From assembly GCA_009777515.1 (NCBI GenBank), contig WRLR01000005.1:2277-66276 (forward strand): a stretch of DNA of 64,000 bases, read 5' to 3'. The notes under the pieces were generated by a model. The model saw only the letters and a list, made by a program, of their open reading frames with translations. It had not been told where the DNA came from and made no database searches. Below, in pieces: positions 1-9,726 of the stretch (the stretch's first letter is position 1; the number at the start of each line of letters is the position of its first letter). A program made the position numbers and the translations under genes. This DNA comes from Oscillospiraceae bacterium. Its GTDB lineage: Bacteria > Bacillota > Clostridia > WRLR01.

Positions 1-1
1 C

Positions 2-586
2 AACTATATGATGATATACCCGGATGGCGTGAGAATTGATCTGTCATTTGAATTTGAACGATATATTGACGACGGCGAGCCGTCTGTAACGCTTTTAGAT
101 AAAGACAACGGAAACGGCTTTCGCCCTGAAATGCCGTTGCCGAATGACACATTATGGCATATCAAGCCACCGGATGAATTGTTTTATTATTCCTGCTGCA
201 ACAATTTTTGGTGGTGCTTGAACAATGTAGCCAAGGGAATCGCGCGGGACGAGCTGCCATACGTCATGAGCATGTTGAATGATGTGGTAAGGGCTGAACT
301 GCATGATATGATGGGGTGGTATATCGGCGCGCAGCGCGGCTTCGGCCTCACTGTCGGCAAAAACGGCAAATATTTCAAGCGCTACCTGCCGCCGGAACTA
401 TATGCGCAATATGCAGCCACTTATGCAGGCAGCGATTATAATGATATTTGGAAATCGATATACACTATGTGCGATTTATTTCATACGCTAGCTCTGCCGG
501 TCGCAGCGCACTGCGGCTTTACGTACCGGCAGCATGAAGAAAATGGTATACGGGAGTATTTAAGAATGGTGAAGAATGTTCGATAA
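2..586 (+). CDS. Aminoglycoside 6-adenylyltransferase (ANT(6)/AadK-AadE family), 5'-partial
   Basis: DGVRIDL, 'TLLDKD' and 'CNNFWWCLNNVAKGIARDEL' motifs typical of the family; frame is open to the window edge. Confidence 0.8.
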   Translation, partial: NYMMIYPDGVRIDLSFEFERYIDDGEPSVTLLDKDNGNGFRPEMPLPNDTLWHIKPPDELFYYSCCNNFWWCLNNVAKGIARDELPYVMSMLNDVVRAELHDMMGWYIGAQRGFGLTVGKNGKYFKRYLPPELYAQYAATYAGSDYNDIWKSIYTMCDLFHTLALPVAAHCGFTYRQHEENGIREYLRMVKNVR

Positions 587-599
587 TTAGGAGGTTTGT

Positions 600-1286
600 A
601 TGAACGAGATAATCCGGCGGCGCAAATCAATTCGCAAATATGACAGAACACAGCTTGGCGATGAAATACTTGGCAAAGTACGCGAACAGATTGCGAACCT
701 TACGCCTCTATATCCGGATATCAGGTACTCCGTTGACATCGCTCACAAGACAAAAGGGCTGTTGGCACAGGGTTCAGGCGCTTCTACCTTTCTCGTCTTT
801 CGAGGCGAGGAGGGTTCCGCCTCTTACGTAAATATCGGCTTTATCGGGCAGCAGATGGACCTGTACTTTTCGGCGAACGGCCTAGGCTCATGTTGGCTCG
901 GCATGGCAAAACCTAATGAGAGGGGCGATTTGTCCTATATCATCAGCATGGCTTTCGGCAAACCCGCCGACGCGCTCCACCGCAGCTTGTCAGAATTCAA
1001 CCGCAAGCCCCTCTCTGAAATAAGCGAGGGTGACGACGTTCGGTTGGAAGCTGCCAGGCTTGCGCCGAGCGGTATGAACGCACAGGGTTGGTTCTTCGTT
1101 GCAAAAGATGGGGCAATAATCTGCTATCGCAAGAAATCCGGAATTATGTCTGAAAAATTAGGCTGTATCGATATGGGCATTGCGCTCTGGCACATCGCGA
1201 GCGAGAGCGACGGCTTCCGCTTCTCGAAAGAACCGGACGCGCCGGAACGAAAGGGGTTCATTTACGTAGGGACGGTGGGCAGATGA
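600..1286 (+). CDS. Nitroreductase family protein
   Basis: N-terminal 'IRRRKSIRKY' and second-half 'ARLAPSGMNAQGW'; AGGAGG RBS upstream. Confidence 0.85.
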   Translation: MNEIIRRRKSIRKYDRTQLGDEILGKVREQIANLTPLYPDIRYSVDIAHKTKGLLAQGSGASTFLVFRGEEGSASYVNIGFIGQQMDLYFSANGLGSCWLGMAKPNERGDLSYIISMAFGKPADALHRSLSEFNRKPLSEISEGDDVRLEAARLAPSGMNAQGWFFVAKDGAIICYRKKSGIMSEKLGCIDMGIALWHIASESDGFRFSKEPDAPERKGFIYVGTVGR

Positions 1287-1348
1287 AAAAGTTACCTCTT
1301 GGAATACAAAGCTTTCGAAAAATCATTGAAGGCGATACTGCGAGGTAA
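1283..1348 (+). pseudogene. 21-codon stub of an AAA-ATPase-like (PD-(D/E)XK-associated) gene
   Basis: ATGA overlap with the nitroreductase stop; translates MKKLPLGIQSFRKIIEGDTAR*, resembling the conserved MKKLPIGIQxFxKI start of that family. Confidence 0.6.
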
Positions 1349-1350
1349 TA

Positions 1351-1401
1351 GAGCAGCAGGGGCAGTTAGGAATGGTATTATCCCAACTGCCCCTGCTACT
1401 C
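1351..1401. terminator. Long hairpin between convergent genes
   Basis: gagcagcaggggcagttagga ... tcccaactgcccctgctactc, 21-nt arms with 2 mismatches. Confidence 0.7.
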
Positions 1402-1420
1402 CCCAATTATCCTTTACTGT

Positions 1421-3634
1421 TTACAATGCGGCTACTATGCCGCTTTGGGCGTAGCTGTCCAAATATGCTGTCCACCATGAAATCGCAGTATTCAACGAAT
1501 TTTGAGACCAATAGGATATTGTGTAACTGTTTGGCAAGACCTTGTATTGCCGTGTGCCTACGATGATGATGTCGTCTTTGGATACCGATAATTGGCCGCT
1601 CTTTGTGTAAAAGTCCGCAATATTATATGTCGCCCCTCCCGGCGCAGATGTAGGCGCGGGGGTTGGCGCGGGCGTCGCGGTGGGCACCGGGGTTGGTGCG
1701 GGTGTCGCGGTGGGCGCGGGCGTCGGTGATGGAGTAGGCGCGGGCGTAAAGGTTGGCGTCGGTACGGGCACATTGCCGGAAATTACCTCTGCCACGCCGC
1801 CGGAAACATAGCTGTCCATATAGGCCGTCCACCACGTTATGGCTGTATTAATAGAGTTCTGTGGCCAATATGCAATCGTGTAGGTGCTCGATAATATCCT
1901 ATATTGCCGTTCTCCAACGACTATAATGTCCCCGCGCTTTACAGACAACTGGCCGCTCTGTGAGTAGAAGCTGACAATGTTATATGTCGCCGCACCCGGT
2001 GCAGATGTGGGCGCAGGCGTTGGCGCTATAGTGGGCGCGGGCGTGGGCGCCGGTGTCGGAGCGGGAGTGGGCGTCGGCGCAATTGTTGGCGCTGGCGTCG
2101 GAGCAGGAGTGGGTGTTGGCGCCGCTGTGGGCGCTGGCGTTGGCGTTGGCGTCGGCGCGAGCGTCGGCACAGGAGTAGGCGCGGGCGTCGGCGTCGGTGT
2201 CGTTATCGGCGCCGACATACCGGAATACCCCATCCCCACGCACTGTGGGTTCGTCGGCATATAGTTGGCGTCGAGGGCTGGATTTACTTCAAGCGAACCG
2301 CTGTCGCCGTTGATATGGGCCTGCCACGCGGGGAGCCGCGCGTTTGTCAGCGTCCTGCCTGGCCTGCTGTCTGAAAAAGTGGCGTTTTTGCTTGCGATAT
2401 AGTAACAGTTATTATTCATCACAGGATTACCGTCGAGAGCGGACAAACCGCCAAGCTCATTGGCGTAACGGATCTCTATCATTGGGCGGACGATAGTGTT
2501 TGGCAGGCTCACGATGTTGTGGTGGATATTCGGATTGATATTGGCGGGGCGGCCGGCATAACTTTCCCAATCCTGCATTGTGATGCCAAAGTAAATGGCG
2601 CTGTGGTACCGCCCGCCATTGGTCACATTGACCATGGTGTTGTTGTAGACCTGGGCGTCTTTTGAACCATACAAGCCGATGCCTTCCCAACCCGTGCCAA
2701 TGATCAGGTTGTTTCGCACGACGCCCCGGATATTTTCAAAATACTGCGGGTTTACTGTACGGTCAAAAAACTCCGGGCTCGTATCAAAGCCAACCATGAT
2801 CCCGGCGCCGTTGGCGCGCTCGATTCGGTTGTTTTCAATCAGCGCGTCGGTGGCGCCGCCCTTGGCGTAAATCGCGTTTGAGCATATATCATGGATATAA
2901 TTATTATGAACATGCATATTGTCGCCATTGACATTGTCGATGCCTTCGGCGTTGTCCTCGCCATTCTGCGGCCTGCCGGCAAACGCGCGCCCGGAATTGT
3001 ATATTTCGTTGTAGCGTATGGTGACATTGTCGCAGTTGGGCTTTATCTTTATCACGTCGTATCGTGAATCATGCAGTATGCAGTCTTCGATAGTTATGTT
3101 GGACGCCCCGGAGCGATCGGGTTGCCCCCAGTCCCATTTGGTTTCCAGCGACACGGCGTACCAGCCGCCCATGACTTCGACGCCCTGTAGTTTACCGCCC
3201 GACGAGTCGACGTCAAAATAAACCGCTGAGTCTTCATTGTGACCTGCATTATATGTGGTCAGGTCGATAATCGCCCATTCGCCTTGTCGGGACTTTATCG
3301 TGATGTTGGCGGTTCGGATGCGGACATTGATCCCCTCGCGGTAAGTGCCGCCGCGCAAGATTATCGTGGCGCCGGGCTGCGCCGCAGCCAAAGCTGTATT
3401 GATGCTCCTGTATGGGGCGTTGATGGATCCATTAGCCGTCGAGTCGTTGCCGGTAGTGGATACATAGATCCCATTGGCGGGGTCGGCGCCACCAGAGCTT
3501 ATGCGCGGCCCGACGCCCGGCGACGGAGGCGCGCTGGCAAATGTGGCAGGCGGCATAGTCGCCGCGACGACCGTGACGACCATTATGAGAATGAACGCTA
3601 GTATTTTTAATGATTTTTGGTAGATTGATTTCAT
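1421..3634 (-). CDS. Secreted right-handed beta-helix (pectate-lyase-like) protein with Pro/Thr linkers and two copies of an unrecognised ~70-aa C-terminal domain
   Basis: Signal peptide; '[26 protein letters not shown]...ILRGGTY' beta-helix start; Asn-ladder repeats; PTPTPA linkers; start moved to ATG 3634 behind GAGGTG. Confidence 0.8.
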   Translation of the reverse strand: MKSIYQKSLKILAFILIMVVTVVAATMPPATFASAPPSPGVGPRISSGGADPANGIYVSTTGNDSTANGSINAPYRSINTALAAAQPGATIILRGGTYREGINVRIRTANITIKSRQGEWAIIDLTTYNAGHNEDSAVYFDVDSSGGKLQGVEVMGGWYAVSLETKWDWGQPDRSGASNITIEDCILHDSRYDVIKIKPNCDNVTIRYNEIYNSGRAFAGRPQNGEDNAEGIDNVNGDNMHVHNNYIHDICSNAIYAKGGATDALIENNRIERANGAGIMVGFDTSPEFFDRTVNPQYFENIRGVVRNNLIIGTGWEGIGLYGSKDAQVYNNTMVNVTNGGRYHSAIYFGITMQDWESYAGRPANINPNIHHNIVSLPNTIVRPMIEIRYANELGGLSALDGNPVMNNNCYYIASKNATFSDSRPGRTLTNARLPAWQAHINGDSGSLEVNPALDANYMPTNPQCVGMGYSGMSAPITTPTPTPAPTPVPTLAPTPTPTPAPTAAPTPTPAPTPAPTIAPTPTPAPTPAPTPAPTIAPTPAPTSAPGAATYNIVSFYSQSGQLSVKRGDIIVVGERQYRILSSTYTIAYWPQNSINTAITWWTAYMDSYVSGGVAEVISGNVPVPTPTFTPAPTPSPTPAPTATPAPTPVPTATPAPTPAPTSAPGGATYNIADFYTKSGQLSVSKDDIIIVGTRQYKVLPNSYTISYWSQNSLNTAISWWTAYLDSYAQSGIVAAL

Positions 3635-3695
3635 ATAGATCACCTCTTCTGGTTTTTTGCGGCTAATCAATAAGGCTCAGGTTGTTCAAATAGAA

Positions 3696-3751
3696 AGGTC
3701 GAATTCGATTAGACCTAATATAAGTCTAATTGAGTTCGACCTAATTGTCAA
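3696..3751 (-). promoter_or_regulatory. sigmaA-type promoter overlapped by a tandem palindromic operator (putative BlaI site)
   Basis: Minus strand TTGACA(3751-3746)-17-TAGACT; inverted repeat AGGTCGAATTCGATTAGAC / GTCTAATTGAGTTCGACCT (17/19). Confidence 0.7.
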
Positions 3752-3786
3752 TAGTAAATATAAAAATTTTTAATTAATAATCCTCT

Positions 3787-5304
3787 TTAATCCATTGCTT
3801 CCAATTTGCCGCTTTCCACCCAACTGTCGAGATAGTCGATCCACCATAGAACAACCTGTTCATGGGAAGGCTGGGTGTAGAAGGAGAGGGCGAGCGAATC
3901 CACAATGACTTCATATCGCCGGTCGCCCGCAATGAGAGTATCGCCGCCGTTTACCGTCAGCGTTCTTTCGGAGCCATCCTCGTCAAGCGCTAGGCCGAGA
4001 GCGGAAAAATCGCCGTCTTCATTATTATAATAATCGGCAATGGCATGTGCCGTTCCCTGACCATATCCGCCGACGGACCCTATCGAACCGCCACCGGAAC
4101 TATCGCCGGCGCCGTCGATACTTTCACCACTATCACTATTTCCGCTATCGCCATCGACGTTTTCTCCTCCGATGCTTTCGCCGCCGCTTTCAACGCTTTC
4201 ACCGCCGTCGCTGCCACCGTTGTCGCTTTCGCCGTCGCTTTCGTCGCCCCTTGAATTGCCGCCAGAACCCAGTGCGGCGGCGGCGCTTGATTCCAACAAC
4301 GCCGCATTGCTAACCCTGCTCAATACAAGCCCAAAACTTATAATTGTGACGAGCACAATAGCCAATGCTACCGCAACCCGCGAGGATTTCTTGAAATTCA
4401 TTACATTTTTTATGCGCTTCTTTATGCCGTCGTCGCCAAATGCGAGCGGGAGACCGCCAATAACAGGCTGGCCAACCGCCAAAGACAGCAAAGACATCGA
4501 GTAGTCCTTTTTTATCTCCCCGCCCAACTCTTTCAATACGCGTTCGTCGCAGGACATTTCCATATCCACGCTCATCAGCAGGAACGCCGCCCAAGCGAAT
4601 GGGTTGAACCAGTGAAAGCAAAGAATGAAATATGCCAAAAACTTTATAATATGATCGAACCGCCGAATATGCGTCTGTTCATGAAGTATTATATAGTCGC
4701 GCTCCTGCCCTGATAAATTCAGCGGGATATAGATTTTCGGGTTGAAAGCGCCCGACACGAACGGCGATCGGATACAATCGGTTTCGTAGAGATTGTGTTC
4801 ATTGTCAATGCGGATAGCCGAACCCAGCTTATGTTTGAGGCGAGCATATGACGCCGCCCCTAAAACCAGTAGAAAAACCGTGCCGACGAACCACGCCCAT
4901 GAACCAAATACCGTCCAGAACTGCACAAAATTTACGTTGGCGACGCTGGCGGCGTTTGTGGCATTTGTAGCGTTTGCAGCACTGGTAGCGATATTAGCGA
5001 TATCGGCCTGCGGTGGTATCAGCACATTGCCGAAGGCGTTGTTTAAGAATGGTATCCCGCTGTCGATGCGGGGAGCGGGCTGCGTCGCAATGTCCGGTGG
5101 TATGATCTGCGCATTGAACGGGATCAGGCTGAACACGCTTTCGATTGATAAGGGGAAAGCCAGCCTGAACCACGCCACAGCCCATAGGCAATAGGATATA
5201 ATTTTAGGGGCTTTTTTAATCGAAAGGCGGACGAGGCAGATTGCCGCGACGACAAAAGCGCCGGTAATGCTCATATTCAAAACTGTAAGGAACAGTTTAT
5301 CCAT
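3787..5304 (-). CDS. BlaR1/MecR1-like M56 metallopeptidase sensor with a non-PBP C-terminal domain
   Basis: 'FLTVLNMSITG', HEQTH zinc motif, 'FHWFNP', 'EMSCDERVL', 'IKKRIK'; TM helix, then G/D/S/E linker and a small terminal domain. Confidence 0.92.
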   Translation of the reverse strand: MDKLFLTVLNMSITGAFVVAAICLVRLSIKKAPKIISYCLWAVAWFRLAFPLSIESVFSLIPFNAQIIPPDIATQPAPRIDSGIPFLNNAFGNVLIPPQADIANIATSAANATNATNAASVANVNFVQFWTVFGSWAWFVGTVFLLVLGAASYARLKHKLGSAIRIDNEHNLYETDCIRSPFVSGAFNPKIYIPLNLSGQERDYIILHEQTHIRRFDHIIKFLAYFILCFHWFNPFAWAAFLLMSVDMEMSCDERVLKELGGEIKKDYSMSLLSLAVGQPVIGGLPLAFGDDGIKKRIKNVMNFKKSSRVAVALAIVLVTIISFGLVLSRVSNAALLESSAAAALGSGGNSRGDESDGESDNGGSDGGESVESGGESIGGENVDGDSGNSDSGESIDGAGDSSGGGSIGSVGGYGQGTAHAIADYYNNEDGDFSALGLALDEDGSERTLTVNGGDTLIAGDRRYEVIVDSLALSFYTQPSHEQVVLWWIDYLDSWVESGKLEAMD

Positions 5305-5698
5305 TGCCGCCGCCCCTCTCATGTTCATCTATCAGCCGTTTTATCTCCTCCACTTGCTCCGGGAGCAATTTTCGGTTGCTGGTATATGAAGCGATAAACA
5401 TTGGCAGAGAACCGCCGAAAGCGTCGTCCACATATTGGTGGCTCTGCCCCGCGATGATCTCATCACGCGAATAGAGCATGGTCACGCATGAATTTTCATT
5501 TTTGGCAAGCCCTTTGCCGATCAGGAACTTTAAGTTCGTAAACGTGGTGGACTTTTTCCAGCCGAACTCCCGTTCCGCAATCTTTATCATTTCCATAGAT
5601 GCAATCGGCGCGTTGGCCCACAAAAGGTCCGCAAGCCTTGTCTCGGCATTAGTCAATTTAAATACAGGAGCCATATATGCCTTTCCATTGATCTCCAT
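5297..5698 (-). CDS. BlaI/MecI/CopY family transcriptional repressor
   Basis: 'LTNAETRLADLLW', 'WKKSTTFTNLKFLIGKG', 'FGGSL'; overlaps the M56 start; alternative start 5674. Confidence 0.92.
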   Translation of the reverse strand: MEINGKAYMAPVFKLTNAETRLADLLWANAPIASMEMIKIAEREFGWKKSTTFTNLKFLIGKGLAKNENSCVTMLYSRDEIIAGQSHQYVDDAFGGSLPMFIASYTSNRKLLPEQVEEIKRLIDEHERGGGNG

Positions 5699-5804
5699 TG
5701 ATCACTTGTGATCACCTGTGATCACCTGATCATTTTATCATTTGACCACTACATATCCTTGATCACTATATATCGTAGTTACCATTTACAATGCGGCATA
5801 AAAC

Positions 5805-5859
5805 AAGTCGAAATTAATTAGACTTATCTTAATTTAACAGACTCCAGCCTGCATGTCAA
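5805..5859 (-). promoter_or_regulatory. Promoter and putative operator of the blaI-like operon
   Basis: Minus strand TTGACA(5859-5854)-17-TAAATT; AAGTCGAAATTAATTAGACT at 5805-5824 resembles the motif at 3696-3742. Confidence 0.65.
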
Positions 5860-6033
5860 CAGTTGACACGGATGCGGGCAACACCGCACAGCACAGTATT
5901 TTTTCCAACCCAGCATGACAGGCTCGTCGTGTTTTCTATGCCAACCATGCCTTTCTACGGAATAAATTTTTATTAAATATCCGACATTTTGCTTTTATAA
6001 ATCGTATTATTAATGAAAGGGGGCAGCGATTTG

Positions 6034-6723
6034 ATGCCAACCGTGCCAGCGCGCGGCAAGGGAACGGCATGCGGCAATACCGAAAAAGCATATTCGAAGC
6101 ATTTCGATGCAGAGGAAATATATATGGAGCATTTCGATATGAAAGAAACATATGCGCGGCATTTTGATACAGATAAAAAATATGTGCGGCATTTTAATAC
6201 AGATAAAACATATACGCAGCATTTCGATGCAGATGAAACATATGCAAAGTATTTCGATATAGAGGCAATTTATACGCGGCATTTCAATATGGTTTATCGC
6301 ATTTGCTATTCATACCTTAAAAATCCCGCTGATACAGAAGACGCAACTGCGGATGTATTCGTAAAGCTTATGCGAAGAGGCATCGTCTTCGGTGATGCCG
6401 AATATGAAAAGGCGTGGCTGATACGTACGGCAATAAACACTAGCAAGGATTGCCTCAAGCATTGGTGGCGCAACCGCGCAAATATTAACGAGTATGAACA
6501 CATACAAGGCGATCAGGGCGATAGCTCTTTGGAGATTGATGAAACTTTAAAAGCCGTCATGGAGCTGCCCGCGCGCTATAAGGATGTGATATACCTCCAT
6601 TATTACGAGGGCTACACATCCGGCGATATAGCTAAAATTCTGAAAAAACCGTATTCCACTATCCGAAACCACATGCGTGAGGCTCGAAAACTATTGAGAG
6701 GAGTTTTGGAAAATGAGGGATAG
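6034..6723 (+). CDS. ECF-type sigma-70 factor with N-terminal 10-aa repeats
   Basis: 'DTEDATADVFVKL', 'KAWLIRTAIN', region 4 'LPARYKDVIYLHYYEGYTSGDIAKIL'; start placed behind AAGGGGG (6013 is an alternative). Confidence 0.9.
   Translation: MPTVPARGKGTACGNTEKAYSKHFDAEEIYMEHFDMKETYARHFDTDKKYVRHFNTDKTYTQHFDADETYAKYFDIEAIYTRHFNMVYRICYSYLKNPADTEDATADVFVKLMRRGIVFGDAEYEKAWLIRTAINTSKDCLKHWWRNRANINEYEHIQGDQGDSSLEIDETLKAVMELPARYKDVIYLHYYEGYTSGDIAKILKKPYSTIRNHMREARKLLRGVLENEG
6088..6297 (+). repeat. Seven degenerate 30-bp in-frame tandem repeats (xYxRHFDxxx)
   Basis: Units such as acatatgcgcggcattttgatacagataaa with 30-nt period. Confidence 0.85.
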
Positions 6724-8197
6724 AAAAGTTATCAATGCTTTTAATACTATTCAACCTGGCGAAGATATAAAAAGACGGGTGTTCGAAAAAGTTATGAAAG
6801 CACAGGCCGGCCATAGGAATCGCTCTGTTATTAAAGCCGCTTTGTCATGTGCGACGGCGGCGGCGCTTATATGTTTAATTGCCTTTAGCAGTACGCTGTT
6901 AACACCACGCATTAACTTTTTCTCATTGCCGTCCTCAACACCTCCGGCATTCTTGGCGGCGGGCGCCGGCGATGCTGCCGCAGCAGGCGATGCGGCAGAG
7001 GAAACGACTTGGGAGGTTGCGGCAGCGGCAACGGTTTTCGAGGATGATGGCCCAAAAGCGGCTGCGGCGGCGGTTTATGAGGATGATGGCCCGGAAGCGG
7101 CGGCGGTGGCAACAGCTTACGAGGATGATGGCCCGGAGGCGGCAATAAAAGCTGCAAGCAATGACGAGTCGGGCATAACCGAAGACCATTTGCCGCAGCA
7201 GGGCGCTAACGCATTTTATTTGACAACCTACGGGCTGGTTCAAAATCCCGACGGCTCCATTGAGTTGCGCGATGTTCCCTTGTCTGGCGGAAAAGATTTC
7301 AGGAGTTCCTATAGCGATGGAAGCGTTCTATATGTAAGCGTTAATTTAAAATATAGCGGCGAAAACATCGAGCGCGTGGATTTTTTTACCGACGACGGCT
7401 TTTTCGCGAAGCAATATCTGAAAATAGAAAACGGCAATGTAGTCGAAGAGCCCCGGGCCATGTCCCATTCAGACCCAAGCAATGCCGAAAATGCTTTAAT
7501 TACCATGTATGGGTATGACTTTGACGCCATTGGGAGCAGCTTCACGCTCTACAAAGACTCTGTAACGGACGATTACCTGCTATTTCTTGGTACGGAGATC
7601 AACGGCAACAACGACTGGCGGATAGCTCCGCCTCAAATGACTGTGCGCGCCGTAGCCACATTCAATGATGGCACGACGCAGGAAGAAATGTATGCGCTCG
7701 ACCTTACCAATGACATAGGGATGGGCGTTATACAGCATTCGCCGGAAGAACAGGAGAGGTGGCGGGTTGAATTTGAAAAATACAGCAATCTGCTAAACAA
7801 CATACCGCTTGCGCAATGCGAAGTCGTGCCGGGCAGCGTGCGACATCTAAAATATGGCGATACATATGAATATAAAGACGGTATGGATGATGTAATCGGG
7901 ACAGCGTCTTTTGCCATTTCAGAAGAATCAATAAAATCCGCTATTGACCAAGGGCTATTCGATGAAAACGGAATTTTCATAATTGGATCCAAGCTATATG
8001 ATTTACACGGCGTGGGAGGCTTCGGCGACAGCGACGGCAGCGACGGCAACAACGTCAACGATGGCAGCGACGGCAGTGATGGCAGCAATGGCAGCGACGG
8101 ATTTATAGCCGTGATAATCAATAACTACGACGGAACATTTACCGGTATGGTCTACACAGTGCCGTGGAAAATGATAATAGAAAGCGTGAAAAAATAA
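6713..8197 (+). CDS. Probable anti-sigma factor (single TM, large extracytoplasmic part)
   Basis: Overlaps the ECF gene end; short basic N-terminus and one TM helix; EDDGPEAAA x3 and DGS repeats. Confidence 0.7.
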   Translation: MRDRKVINAFNTIQPGEDIKRRVFEKVMKAQAGHRNRSVIKAALSCATAAALICLIAFSSTLLTPRINFFSLPSSTPPAFLAAGAGDAAAAGDAAEETTWEVAAAATVFEDDGPKAAAAAVYEDDGPEAAAVATAYEDDGPEAAIKAASNDESGITEDHLPQQGANAFYLTTYGLVQNPDGSIELRDVPLSGGKDFRSSYSDGSVLYVSVNLKYSGENIERVDFFTDDGFFAKQYLKIENGNVVEEPRAMSHSDPSNAENALITMYGYDFDAIGSSFTLYKDSVTDDYLLFLGTEINGNNDWRIAPPQMTVRAVATFNDGTTQEEMYALDLTNDIGMGVIQHSPEEQERWRVEFEKYSNLLNNIPLAQCEVVPGSVRHLKYGDTYEYKDGMDDVIGTASFAISEESIKSAIDQGLFDENGIFIIGSKLYDLHGVGGFGDSDGSDGNNVNDGSDGSDGSNGSDGFIAVIINNYDGTFTGMVYTVPWKMIIESVKK

Positions 8198-8377
8198 AGA
8201 AAGGGCAGAATTGTGGCGCGAGGGCAAGCAATTAGGATTAAAGCTTGCCATTGCCATTGCTTTATTCATGACAATTTGTACACAGTCTGTGCATGGCCTT
8301 TTATATGGAACAGTTGTCGCAATAAGCAGCGAGCCGCATAATCGCCCCGGAACGGTTATGAAATGCAATATAATTTC

Positions 8378-8421
8378 GGGCGGTGCGATATGTCTACTAA
8401 AGTTGACATATCGCACCGCCC
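8378..8421. terminator. Perfect 17-bp-stem hairpin between convergent genes
   Basis: gggcggtgcgatatgtc-10 nt-gacatatcgcaccgccc. Confidence 0.75.
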
Positions 8422-8435
8422 TCGTTTGTAAGCTT

Positions 8436-9641
8436 TTAACCCAAACCGCCGGGGGCGTCATAATTGTAGCCGGGTATTATGTCATTGTTTTGCGTTTCGA
8501 TTAGCACCAACTCCATTGTTTCTGCGTTGATCTGCACTTCGGCTGTGCGGCCGGCGCTGCCGGTAACTGTATAGACCAGATATTTTGCGGGCACAATGAT
8601 AATGTCGCCGTTTTCGTCGAGGCCATATCTGCCGTATGAACTATATTCCCACATTTCTATGCTTACCGCATCGGCCCCGGCGTTGTTAAAATACATTGCC
8701 GCGTAATTCATGGCCGTTTGCATATATTCTTCATAATTCTCCGGGGGCGGGTACGCATAACGCTGCCTTTGGATTTCCTCCGCTTCATCCGGGCTCAGAG
8801 CCGACAATTCACTGAACACAGCCCTCGCCTGAATGTCATCATCTTTTGTCTGCACTTGATGGTTCCAAATATCAATCCATTCGCCGGAGACCGCGCAAAT
8901 CATAAAATTGTATAATATTTCATAATTTTGGGTGTCTTTGGGATCCATTGTATCTTTTGAGTCCGCCACATTCCCAAACCAGTACGCCCTTGAATGGGAC
9001 GGCCAGGAGGAATAATTCATCTGAACGGTTTTGCCGTCGATGCTATCCCCGAACATTGCCCATATAAAGTGCGCGCCGATTTCGGCGGCTTCTTCATAAG
9101 AAAGCGCATTCGCGCCCGGGGTATACCATTCGTTTTGTTTATGGTATACGTTCATATTGGGCTTGATGTATTCAGCCTGCGGTATGTTTTGCGTGGATGC
9201 GACGGCGGTCGGCTCCGTAGTAGGCGGGACGCCCGCTGCCGAAATCACATTTAAAATCGTCGCAGCCGCAGCCTCAGCAACGCCCACCGCTTCCTCCGCA
9301 ACCTCCGCAGCCTCCGCAGTGCCCGCCGCTTCCGCTACTTCCTCCGCAGCTTCCGCAGTGCCCGCCGCTTCATCCGCAGCCTCCGCAGTGCTAGCCGTAA
9401 CCGTAGCGCCCTCCATAATCGCCGCAGTCGCAGTCGTCGTCGCAGTCGTCGTAGCAGCCGTCGTCGCGGTAATCGTCTGCATGGCGGCGCCTGCTAAAAC
9501 GGGCTGCACAATGTCCGTTTTACCGGTCGCCGCCGCGAACGCCAGGTTGTTGACCCCGATAAACGCCGCGCTGAACAATCCGATGGCTAATACTGCCGCC
9601 ACTGCCACTTTGATAATCTCGTTGCTTTTTGCTTTTTTCAT
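8436..9641 (-). CDS. Exported/membrane-anchored hypothetical protein with Ala/Thr/Glu-rich linker
   Basis: Signal/TM segment after MKKAKSNE; AGGGAG RBS; 'LSYEEAAEIGA' PepSY-like helix; lies downstream of the two-component system. Confidence 0.7.
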   Translation of the reverse strand: MKKAKSNEIIKVAVAAVLAIGLFSAAFIGVNNLAFAAATGKTDIVQPVLAGAAMQTITATTAATTTATTTATAAIMEGATVTASTAEAADEAAGTAEAAEEVAEAAGTAEAAEVAEEAVGVAEAAAATILNVISAAGVPPTTEPTAVASTQNIPQAEYIKPNMNVYHKQNEWYTPGANALSYEEAAEIGAHFIWAMFGDSIDGKTVQMNYSSWPSHSRAYWFGNVADSKDTMDPKDTQNYEILYNFMICAVSGEWIDIWNHQVQTKDDDIQARAVFSELSALSPDEAEEIQRQRYAYPPPENYEEYMQTAMNYAAMYFNNAGADAVSIEMWEYSSYGRYGLDENGDIIIVPAKYLVYTVTGSAGRTAEVQINAETMELVLIETQNNDIIPGYNYDAPGGLG

Positions 9642-9726
9642 TGACCTGTACTCCCTTTCGGTAATATTTGTGGGCCTCACGGTTTATAGAATAGTACAGG
9701 GATATTATGGTGTTGTTTTTGAAATA

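Noticed and set aside
1421-5698. Beta-lactam resistance locus
   Set aside because: No beta-lactamase or PBP gene, and the sensor lacks a PBP-type domain
6088-6297. Possible CRISPR or iteron array
   Set aside because: In-frame 30-bp coding repeats with no spacers
8211-8504. 97-aa plus-strand ORF
   Set aside because: Spans a terminator-like hairpin and overlaps the convergent gene end; no recognisable motifs
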